From: a virus
Virus record (IMG/VR): IMGVR_UViG_3300045988_173917
Span: 1 to 56,938 of that record
DNA length: 56,938 bases
Strand: one strand, 5' to 3'
The first letter of the stretch is position 1; each line of letters opens with the position of its first letter. Under the pieces are notes generated by a model. That model was not told the DNA's origin and searched no databases. It worked only from the letters and a program-made list of their open reading frames with translations. Positions 25,028 through 33,900 of the stretch are shown in pieces. Both the position numbers and the translations under genes were made by a program.

Positions 25028-25561
25028 TTATTGTTTTTTAGAATTGTTACTACCAGATGCCTTTTCGGAAGACTTAAAGAAATCAGCCATCATTGCTTTC
25101 AGTTCACTCAACTCTTGTCTTAGGGCTTTATTCTCTGCATCCTGACGTTGGCGCTCTGCAAATTCCGGATTAAGAATTTGAAGCATCTTGTCGCAAGACT
25201 CCAGAACTGAACGGTGATGGTCTACGCTGCCTAATATCTCCGATGAACGGTTTCTCATTGCAGCAACTTCCGCGTTCATAGATTCCCGTGAACCGGATAT
25301 CACCATATTCCCACCACCGGGAAAGTTCGCATCAGCAATGTCTGACATTGCCGGTATTTTCTGGAAAGTGACAGTCTGCTCCCCGACCTTGATTGTTATG
25401 TCGACCACCATTCTCGGAGGTTGTCCATAAGGAATAGGTTGTTGCATAAACTCCGGTACGGGATTGGAAACCCCGGTTACGGAACCGACTTCAATATATG
25501 GAGTGCCGTCCTTATGAAGGACAAAGAACTCGCTGTTTATTCTTAAATTCTGAAAAGGCAT
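25028..25561 (-). CDS. Hypothetical protein
   Basis: 177-aa ORF with a C-terminal coiled coil. Confidence 0.55.
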   Translation of the reverse strand: MPFQNLRINSEFFVLHKDGTPYIEVGSVTGVSNPVPEFMQQPIPYGQPPRMVVDITIKVGEQTVTFQKIPAMSDIADANFPGGGNMVISGSRESMNAEVAAMRNRSSEILGSVDHHRSVLESCDKMLQILNPEFAERQRQDAENKALRQELSELKAMMADFFKSSEKASGSNNSKKQ

Positions 25562-25580
25562 AATTAATTAACTCTTTAAT

Positions 25581-25600
25581 GGACGGGATTTCTCCCGTCC
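25581..25600 (-). terminator. Hairpin between late accessory genes
   Basis: GGACGGGA-TTTC-TCCCGTCC. Confidence 0.5.
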
Positions 25601-25609
25601 TTAGTTGTT

Positions 25610-25969
25610 TTAAACCACTCCGGTCATAATCTGCAACGTGTTGGTTGCACGGTCAAACCAGAACTCATACACACCAGTACCGGGAATGTCTGCCACAGTC
25701 AGCGTTCCCCCGTTATATTTAGTGATCGCCTGGGTAGCCCCATTGGTCTCGAACAGAATGGGAAGTGTGCCGGTTGTCCCGGTAGGTATCGTCTGGGCAA
25801 TGTTAATGTATATCGTCCCTCTGTACCATGCGTTCACAAAAGCATGATTGGGGAAGGAAAACACCACATTAGCAGTATTGACCGTTACGCCCGAGGTCGA
25901 TATAGCCGCAGAGCCCCTACGGTTTACGAATTGAAAAGGATATACTGCCATAATAGCCTCCTTTCTCAA
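25610..25969 (-). CDS. Hypothetical beta-rich protein
   Basis: 119-aa ORF (alternative start MAVYPF at 25951). T/G/V-rich, with no motif. Confidence 0.5.
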   Translation of the reverse strand: MRKEAIMAVYPFQFVNRRGSAAISTSGVTVNTANVVFSFPNHAFVNAWYRGTIYINIAQTIPTGTTGTLPILFETNGATQAITKYNGGTLTVADIPGTGVYEFWFDRATNTLQIMTGVV

Positions 25970-27004
25970 TTAACCCCAAAAGCCATTACCGGCAGCATAA
26001 GGATTAAAACCACCATACAAGCCGTATTGGTATGCCACACAGTTGGGAACTGCCGCAATAGGACTGTAAGGCACAGTCACAGTTTCCGGCTGCTTGCATT
26101 CAATCTTGGCAAGGCGTGCGCTTAAATCTGTCAAAGCGGCTCCAAGAGGTGCGGTAGCCTGGCCTACAATTTGAGAAGTCATAGCTGAACTCTTGTAAGT
26201 GCTGTTTTCTTCACGGAGCTTGTCAATTTTGTTCTGCATCTCACGCATTTCGGCAGCACGTTGGCCGGCAATAATCTGCTGTGTGCTTTCCTTGATGGAA
26301 TTTTGCAAGTCACAGGTCTGACGTTGTGTCTCATAGGCCACGGATGCAAATCCTCTTTCCTGCCCGGTTGCAACACCATTAATTGCATTTTGCAGGGTGT
26401 TTGTCTGCTGACAGATAGCCAGACGGTTCTCACAGCAGCATGATGCAATCTGTTGTGCAATCTGACAGTTACCGGATTGAATAGCGTTAATAATCTGCAT
26501 AGAACTCTGCCCTACCTGATTTCCCACCTGTTGAATCTGTGACATTACACCATTGATAGCCTGCTGAACCTGACCGATTGAACAGTTCAGATTTGTTGCC
26601 AGATTGTTGATAGCCTGACCGTTCCCTTGAATGGCACTCATTAGTAACTCCCTCCCTGTGTCGTTGTTAATCAGATTGGGGATTCCTGCTGCTCCATTGC
26701 CACCGCCAAAGCCACCATTTCCCCATCCGTTGTTACCCCAACCCATGAGGAAGAATAAGAAAATAACCCAAATAAACCATCCGCCTTCTCCACCGAATCC
26801 GTTATTATTACGGCCTTGCATAGCTACAAGTAGGTTCGGATCGATCCCTTTTTGCTGAAGCAAAGGAGCCAACATGGCTAACATTCCACTTCCGCCTCCG
26901 TTCCCGCTTTCCGGGAAAACAAAAGTTTTTGATTCGCTCATTTTTATCGAATTTTGAATTACCCCGGCAACATTGCCGGACATTTCAAAATTCGACATAA
27001 ACAA
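25970..27004 (-). CDS. Gly/Asn/Gln-rich membrane-associated protein with Cys-containing Q-rich repeats
   Basis: Hydrophobic WFIWVIFLFFLMGW flanked by G-rich runs. A long Q/N/I-rich region contains CCC and single Cys residues. C-terminal coiled coil. Confidence 0.55.
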   Translation of the reverse strand: MFMSNFEMSGNVAGVIQNSIKMSESKTFVFPESGNGGGSGMLAMLAPLLQQKGIDPNLLVAMQGRNNNGFGGEGGWFIWVIFLFFLMGWGNNGWGNGGFGGGNGAAGIPNLINNDTGRELLMSAIQGNGQAINNLATNLNCSIGQVQQAINGVMSQIQQVGNQVGQSSMQIINAIQSGNCQIAQQIASCCCENRLAICQQTNTLQNAINGVATGQERGFASVAYETQRQTCDLQNSIKESTQQIIAGQRAAEMREMQNKIDKLREENSTYKSSAMTSQIVGQATAPLGAALTDLSARLAKIECKQPETVTVPYSPIAAVPNCVAYQYGLYGGFNPYAAGNGFWG

Positions 27005-27134
27005 CTGTTTTGTAAAAAGTTACATTCCTATGTAATAGAAGTTTAAGGACTTTAGACAGAATAAATTTCCAATAAAAAAGAAAGTTTGATATGAATCAGT
27101 CCGCACAATAATAAATCTTTGCCCACGGACTAAA

Positions 27135-27167
27135 CAAAAAAAACTCCTTCCGGAGAATCAGAAGGAG
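27135..27167 (-). terminator. Rho-independent terminator after the moron cluster
   Basis: CTCCTTC-N10-GAAGGAG, followed on the minus strand by a run of 9 U. Confidence 0.7.
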
Positions 27168-27185
27168 TGTATTGAGTAGTTGCGC

Positions 27186-27560
27186 TTATTCTTTTTCCAT
27201 TTCTATTTCAACATAATTTCTATCATATTTGCAAGCATTCCCTGTGCCCAAATCTATAGCCCAAGCAATTATATTTAAAAGATTAATACAAGAAACACCG
27301 TTAAATCTTGTGTTTAGAAAGAACGGTTCATTTTTATATCCTTCTTTTTTAGCCATCATATTCACTGATGATAGCTCTTTACCGATCTTTGTTGTAAATG
27401 TCCCATCATTTTTAGTTTCCCCTAATTTTACTCCATCTTTATAAATACCTACTTCTGGCATTTTTGCGTCAAAAGTTATGGCTTGTCGGGATCCGGTAAA
27501 TAAGGTCGCACAGCTTGAAAACAACAAACAAGCACAACAAATGGATATAATCTTTTTCAT
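27186..27560 (-). CDS. Prophage lipoprotein
   Basis: Start at MKKIISICCACLLFSSC (signal peptide plus lipobox-like Cys). The upstream extension of the tracked ORF overlaps the preceding gene. Confidence 0.6.
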   Translation of the reverse strand: MKKIISICCACLLFSSCATLFTGSRQAITFDAKMPEVGIYKDGVKLGETKNDGTFTTKIGKELSSVNMMAKKEGYKNEPFFLNTRFNGVSCINLLNIIAWAIDLGTGNACKYDRNYVEIEMEKE

Positions 27561-27690
27561 ACTAAATAAATTTTGATTGTTAATTGCCGCAAATATAATC
27601 AAAAAATACCCCACCCTATTTGTTAAAACATATAAAATAATTGGGATTACATTTAATTTAGATTCATTCTGATTTAAATCAAGGAAAATA

Positions 27691-28170
27691 TTATTTATGT
27701 GAAAGGTTTTCAATGCTTGAACGTATAGCATCTACTTGTTTTTTATGCCTTCTCCTTGCAATAATATGTATATATATGTCCCGGTCTGCGTATGCCGTTA
27801 TGGTAGTATCTACAATATCTTTCAATGATTTTGCTTTTACATATCTTATGAACATTGCAGAAAAAAGGTCACTTCTGAATTTTTGAGGTGTTATTTCCAT
27901 GTCCCTGCGCTTTACATCATGTACATCATCGCAATAAAAATATAGCATTGCATTCTCATTGTCAAGAAGCACCCCGGCAATGAACGTGGATATTTTTGAC
28001 AATATGCCAGAATTTGTATATTGTTCGCCGGATATTCGCTCAAGAGTAATGTCCAATATTTTAATATTGCCCAACTCTTTCATTATCTCATCAGGCAAAT
28101 TTTGACAATCTTCTATACGGATAAGATATTCATTCCCGAAATTGTCACTTATTGGATAAGTTATTATCAT
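27691..28170 (-). CDS. Hypothetical protein
   Basis: 159-aa ORF. Confidence 0.5.
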   Translation of the reverse strand: MIITYPISDNFGNEYLIRIEDCQNLPDEIMKELGNIKILDITLERISGEQYTNSGILSKISTFIAGVLLDNENAMLYFYCDDVHDVKRRDMEITPQKFRSDLFSAMFIRYVKAKSLKDIVDTTITAYADRDIYIHIIARRRHKKQVDAIRSSIENLSHK

Positions 28171-28325
28171 TTCGAAGTAGAAGCAGGGAAATAGATATCT
28201 TTTTTGCTACGCAATTCTTCAATTTTAGACATTTTATGATCACGTAGTTTGTTGAAAAAATCAACAAGGGCTGTCGATGTATTTTTTACAACGAATGTTT
28301 GCGAATATGATTTTTTCTCTTTCAT
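28167..28325 (-). CDS. Hypothetical small protein
   Basis: Start taken at MKEKKSYS. The stop overlaps the next start. Confidence 0.4.
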   Translation of the reverse strand: MKEKKSYSQTFVVKNTSTALVDFFNKLRDHKMSKIEELRSKKDIYFPASTSK

Positions 28326-28431
28326 TTGGATATCTGTTTGATGATACAAATGTATAAATTCTAATCCACATAAATAGTCAACACATCTACATTTTTGCAA
28401 ATAATTCTCAATTTAGAATCATTCCAAAACA

Positions 28432-28659
28432 TCATTCTGTTTTTTCCCTATGATTTAATATGTCAGCAATCGTTTTGTGACACAGCCCGGTCTGTTCCTT
28501 TATTTTATCGTATATGAAAGAGCGTGGAAGCAAATGGAAAAAATCTGAATATTTTTCTGAGTTTTTTAATTCTTCATATATGCTGATAACTTGTTTGTTA
28601 CGCACCATCGTACTCGGCCTTTGTAATTTTTTCATAAATTTTTTCTCAAAAAAGTGCAA
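28432..28659 (-). CDS. Hypothetical small protein (possible HTH)
   Basis: 75-aa ORF with TGLCHKTIADILN. Confidence 0.4.
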   Translation of the reverse strand: MHFFEKKFMKKLQRPSTMVRNKQVISIYEELKNSEKYSDFFHLLPRSFIYDKIKEQTGLCHKTIADILNHREKTE

Positions 28660-28752
28660 CCAATAAAAATCCTGTCCGTAAAACTCCCCGAAAGAAGTCT
28701 TACAGACAGGATGTAGTGGTGGTACGCTATATTTTTGAAGTGGGGCTTCTTT

Positions 28753-29268
28753 TTATATTTTGCCCCGGATAAACCGGATAATCTTTAATACTGACGGTAT
28801 ACTGAATGCTGCCAGTAAAATGATAAGCCACCACATAATGCTTGGTACTTTGTTTTTTACAACTTCAACTGGGTAGGGGACTTCTTTTGTATTTCGTTTT
28901 TCAGCAAAAAGAGCCTCATATCTTAATTGTAACTCTTCATATTTAGTCTTTAGTTCGCGATATTCTGATTCTTTACGTTCATACTCCTTGCTTCGATATA
29001 TTTCTTTTGTGTGAAAACGTTCTTCTTTTATCACATTCCCTTGTTCGTTAACAACTATTACGGAAGAATCCCGCATAATTGTAGAATCGCTTTTTTCCGT
29101 TTTTTCTGATATGTTAGAAGAATCTTTTTTGTCTGTTTTTATTTGGGTTATGACGGAGTCTCTTGCATGGATAGAATCATTTTCTATTTCAGTTGTCTCT
29201 ACCGGCACGTACTGAATACTCCGGCAGGAGAATATAGAAAGGGCTATCAGTATAATTATTATCCTCAT
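28753..29268 (-). CDS. Candidate unimolecular spanin (N-terminal lipoprotein signal, C-terminal TM)
   Basis: MRIIIILIALSIFSC at the N-terminus and VPSIMWWLIILLAAFSIPSVL at the C-terminus, with a coiled-coil middle. It lies immediately downstream of the holin with an overlap. Confidence 0.45.
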   Translation of the reverse strand: MRIIIILIALSIFSCRSIQYVPVETTEIENDSIHARDSVITQIKTDKKDSSNISEKTEKSDSTIMRDSSVIVVNEQGNVIKEERFHTKEIYRSKEYERKESEYRELKTKYEELQLRYEALFAEKRNTKEVPYPVEVVKNKVPSIMWWLIILLAAFSIPSVLKIIRFIRGKI

Positions 29269-29699
29269 TTTTCTGTTTTTTCTTCTATGTCAATAATATC
29301 AGACTTCCGCCTGAAAAATTTAAAAATATCGACCTTTACATGCCGACCGTGAGCTTCAAAGTAATTCCCATAACAAGAATTTATTTCAAAACCATATATA
29401 ACCAATAAAACAATCGAAGGAAGTAACGGAATATCAAAAGGTATCCCAAATGCTTTTCCAATAGCCCCGGCAAGAAGAATCCAACATAAGTAATCTACCA
29501 TCTTATTAATAGTCCTTCTCCCTGCCCGTGAAAACCGGATCTTTTCACCTCTTTTCTTAGCTGCTGCTATTCCAAACCTAAGGTCTACAACAATTAATAT
29601 CAATGCAAGCAGCATAAACCATTTTAAAGGCTCAATAAAATCCATAAAACCACTCATGAATACTGATACCATTGCCGAAATTGTGTTTCTTTCACTCAT
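29265..29699 (-). CDS. Holin
   Basis: 144 aa with 3-4 hydrophobic segments. VVDLRFGIAAAKKRGEKIRFSRAGRRTINKMVDYL resembles TcdE/phage holin-4-like families. It is adjacent to the lysin. Confidence 0.65.
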   Translation of the reverse strand: MSERNTISAMVSVFMSGFMDFIEPLKWFMLLALILIVVDLRFGIAAAKKRGEKIRFSRAGRRTINKMVDYLCWILLAGAIGKAFGIPFDIPLLPSIVLLVIYGFEINSCYGNYFEAHGRHVKVDIFKFFRRKSDIIDIEEKTEK

Positions 29700-29744
29700 A
29701 ATTTTAATTTAAATGTGGTACTTCTATCCCCTCCCGAAACATTG

Positions 29745-30203
29745 TTATAAACAATATCTTTTATAGTTCTCAACAAACTCCTTAACGGTCCCTCTGCCTA
29801 ATGGCGTATTGTAATATTGTTTCCAGTATTCACCCATAGCCCAAACATCCTTATTCGAAGGTAATGCCTCCTTTACACGCAAATAATGTATGCGGGTCAT
29901 ACAGATCATCAGCTTTTTGTTATCTACAAGCATTTCAGGCTCCAAAGTTACAACACTGGATGCTTTCATTACTTTCCCCATTAGTTCCGGTTTATGCCGG
30001 AGAAAATTAACCACAATATCATTGAAGGTTTTCGGCTCCATCTGCCCATATCCTAAAGCCGGACCACCGCCAATTTGCCGGGTGTACTTAAAATTGCTTT
30101 CCTGAGCAAACGTCCCCATGATAAGATCTCTTGCATTGTCAGAGTACAAGCCTGTTTCTTTCAGTGTTTCGGTTATTAACCTTCTCCATTCCTCTTTGTT
30201 CAT
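29745..30203 (-). CDS. Endolysin candidate (lytic transglycosylase-like)
   Basis: GTFAQESNFKY...GYGQM resembles the SLT catalytic E-S region. It lies upstream of the holin. Confidence 0.55.
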   Translation of the reverse strand: MNKEEWRRLITETLKETGLYSDNARDLIMGTFAQESNFKYTRQIGGGPALGYGQMEPKTFNDIVVNFLRHKPELMGKVMKASSVVTLEPEMLVDNKKLMICMTRIHYLRVKEALPSNKDVWAMGEYWKQYYNTPLGRGTVKEFVENYKRYCL

Positions 30204-30325
30204 ATTGTTTTATATTTCTAAATTATTCTTTTGTATTCTCAAAAAAACTTTGTAAACTTGCAATATAAGATTGGCTTGGGGTTGCTTGGGAAATATTTAT
30301 AGAGGTCGCGAGGGCGGACTCTTTT

Positions 30326-30640
30326 TTATAAATCCCTTATCTTTTTACAAAGAGAAAGAATCCTGACTGTAATTTCCCCCCGTTCATCCAGCTCCTTGTA
30401 TCTGTTTTTAAGGAATTCTATTTCTGCCGGATCAAGCTCAAATTCTTCACCGTTATCAATAGATCTATCCCAGTCGATATTACCTGTTTTAGTATTATCT
30501 TTTATTGAATATTTGGCGATATCTTTTACTGTTATCTTGGTTTTGTTGCGAATACTTTGCATCGTTATAATTTGCAACATCGTCCCGTGGTCCGGTAAAA
30601 TTTCTTCTAGTATAAACCTTTCGTAAATGGTCAGTTTCAT
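30326..30640 (-). CDS. Hypothetical protein
   Basis: 104-aa ORF that overlaps the upstream stop. Confidence 0.5.
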   Translation of the reverse strand: MKLTIYERFILEEILPDHGTMLQIITMQSIRNKTKITVKDIAKYSIKDNTKTGNIDWDRSIDNGEEFELDPAEIEFLKNRYKELDERGEITVRILSLCKKIRDL

Positions 30641-30933
30641 AGGCTATATTTTTGTGATTCAGTGATTTTTGAATAAAATTCCGTAATTAGCGGAACAATT
30701 TCCTGAATAATGCCCAAGTCAACATTTGCTCCGTTAATCGAATTGAAATCCTCGGACTTAGGATTGTATTTAAGGGTTGCATTCATGAATTTCTTCCCGT
30801 CGTCCAAGTATCCGTTTGCTACTACGGAGATAACTTCCGGTGCTTGCTCTTTTTGGTACTCTGCACTCAGCGATACATTTATATTCTGTACCGTTGACGT
30901 TGCTTTTGCTGAAATAAAATAGTTAATTTCCAT
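30637..30933 (-). CDS. Hypothetical protein
   Basis: 98-aa ORF downstream of the fibre gene. Confidence 0.5.
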   Translation of the reverse strand: MEINYFISAKATSTVQNINVSLSAEYQKEQAPEVISVVANGYLDDGKKFMNATLKYNPKSEDFNSINGANVDLGIIQEIVPLITEFYSKITESQKYSL

Positions 30934-30954
30934 GTTTTCTTAATTTTATTTGTT

Positions 30955-33900
30955 TTAGTAATTCCCTCCTATGAAATTTGATGTCCAATATGATCCACTC
31001 CAAATTAAAACTTGCATCGCCCCTTTTTTAATAACATCTGAATTTGTTGTCGTATCTGCCTCTACCCTTATTGTCCCGCGCAATGTTATATTTCCCGTTC
31101 CACATTTCCGGATCCAATACATTTTACCTTTTTTTGCAGCAGGCCTGTTACTTGGTAAAGTTATTGTTATATCAGATGATGCAGTGGTTATTATTATATC
31201 ATCTTTATTTGTTAATGTAGTCGAGGAACTAACGACCCTTACGTTTAATCCAAATCCATTGATTATAGAATCGTTGATCATTCTGATATGGCCGTTTTCA
31301 ATGTCCAGGGCGATGTTTTTACCCACATCACTATAGACTTCCGGGCATCCTGTTGCTTTTACATAAATGCCAATATTATCTGTAACATCAGTATTTGATT
31401 TTATTTCATTATTTTCAAATCTTGCACATCCTCTTAAAGCAGTAGTAGGGGCTGGTATACTGGCGCCAATTGCAGCAAGGTAACGACCTGATCTGAATTT
31501 CATAAAATTATTGTATAATGAAAGACCATTGTAAGACATATTACTGTCAGCAACGCCAATCATGTTACTCCCTATTTTAAATCCTCCAATTATACCGCTA
31601 GTCGCTGTAATTTTTCCTGTAAACTCTCCGTTAACTGCAATAAGTTTTCCATCTGTTGTAATCTGAACATTCCCGTTTGCACTAATAGCTCCATTAAGAT
31701 TAATCCTACTTGCATCAATTGTAACGCCTCCTCCGCCAACATTAATAGATTCAATAACTTCTTGCCCTAATGCATTTTTATTTGAAGAAAAAATTGTAAC
31801 GAAATTACTTTGTGTTACAACACCAGATATTTCTTGGGTACCATTTATAATTTTAGATACTGTAGAAGAAATTTGGTTGTAACTAACTTGTAAATTGCTA
31901 ATATCTGATTTTATTAATTGATCATTTGCATTATAGACATCTAGAGATACTTTATTTTCGATCAATCCTTTTGTTATATTTATTTCAGCATTAAGTTCTT
32001 CCTTTGTTGCATTCGTAAGAACAGGCCTGATTACCGAAGCACTAGGAGCAACAGATGACCCATCTAGAGCCGTATAACGACTATCGTGTACTACTGCTAC
32101 ACAATTGTTCCCGATTTTAAATATGTACCTACCACCTCCACGAAGATAAATAAGTTCTTCGCTGCTACTGGCTAGTTGCCCAATACTGCCGGCAGGGAGT
32201 ATATATTGCACTGGGGTAGTATCGGGTATTTCCTTGGTAAATTTACATTCGAAAATCTCAATTATTCTATTAATAACATTTGCCCCCCATCCACTCCCGT
32301 TACTACGCCATACACAGTTCATTGAAAAACCTAATTCATGCGTTGACCATTTTGGTATTCCAAAATCACTATTAAGTGGCGAAACAACTTCTATCCTTGT
32401 TTCTGAGTTTGATAATTTAATAGTTACCGGATAATATGTGTCCTGATCCCACTTTTCAGCCCTTAAGTCGATATCTGTTTCACGATATGTTTGAATAGTT
32501 GTGTATTCTTTTGCTTCATCAATTGCCTCTTGTTTAGCCTCTTCCACTCTCTCAGAAACTTCGTTAACCCTTAAACTTATTTCTCCGTTTTCGGCTTTAA
32601 TTTCGGTCAGGGTTTTCGTTATCGTTTTTATTTCTGCTTGCTGCTCGGAGAAAGAAGGAGTCCATACGGAAGCAGGCAGAAAACCTTCGACTAGCATTAC
32701 TTCGGTGAACCGGACCGAATTCCCTTCGGTATGCGCGGCTTCTCCGGCGTAACAAAGTAAATACCCTTCCTGAGCTTCAAAATCGCTTCTGGTAATTATA
32801 ATACCACCGTTTTTGTCATAAAGGTGATGGTAAGTAGTTGTTAGATAAGATTTAATAGATTTATCAAATAAAATGAAATCACACTTGCTAATATTGCCTG
32901 ATAAGAATTCTATATTTTGGGCATTCACATAATAAACTGTATTCGGCTTGATTACAGGCATATACAGAGCTTTATATGCATAATCATTTGTTTCTCCTTC
33001 AACCGTAAACGGCCCTTTTGTACCATCCGCCAAATTAACGTTATTAGCTCCGATCTGGTCTTCTGCTGCTACTGGAAAGCCTTGCAGGGGTTTATTGCCT
33101 TCGATTAGGGAGATGTTGTAAATTTTTGGATTATTAAATGATCCGATATAAAAACAAATTTTTTCAACCGTTTTGCCTAATGTTGATACTAAATCTATTC
33201 TTCCAAAACTTATGCTTAATCCGTGAATACTTCTGCTTCCATCTGTATAGTAAAAGAATATATCTCCACTTCTTGCCACAGATTTCGATTCAATACTAAT
33301 TACATATTGTGTGTTTGTCTTGTATTTTATTTTATTCTCAAAAATATCAACATATTGACCATTATAAGTACCGGTTGCAATACCAGATGATGTCATTAGT
33401 GCTAAATCCCATATCAAGTACACCCCGTCTTCATCCTGCCCCCAGACCGCAATATTCTTGTTCTTCTCATTCCACTTCAACATCATTTTTTTGGATATAA
33501 GGTTCTGGGAACCGATCTGTATCCCATCCACAACCTTTCCCGCTTCATCTATTGCAATCTGCTTCTGATCGTTTATGGAGGGGGTCCACAATAGCGAAGT
33601 TTTATTGCCTAATACTAGTTTTACCCACTCTATTTCAGATTCAACGGATACACTATTAGGCATTGGATATATCCGAATAAATGTATTATCAATAGCAGGC
33701 GTTAACGTCCATTTAAAAGTTTTCAAAGCAATATAATCTGTATCGGGACCACCAGGATAAAAACTAGCCAATACAACATTCCCTCCAGAATTGTAAACAG
33801 CCCAGTTTGTTTTATTCGCCCCTAATTTGCCTTTAATAACAATTGTACATTCTTCTCCCTGCTTAGGTTTGTAGTCTCCTAAGTAAATGGTCGCTATTGG

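Noticed and set aside
24523-25123. Plus-strand ORFs 24523-25026 and 24788-25123
   Set aside because: They are antisense to the tightly packed minus-strand late accessory genes. The H/R/P-rich translation is an artefact of reading the RGG/acidic repeat region backwards.
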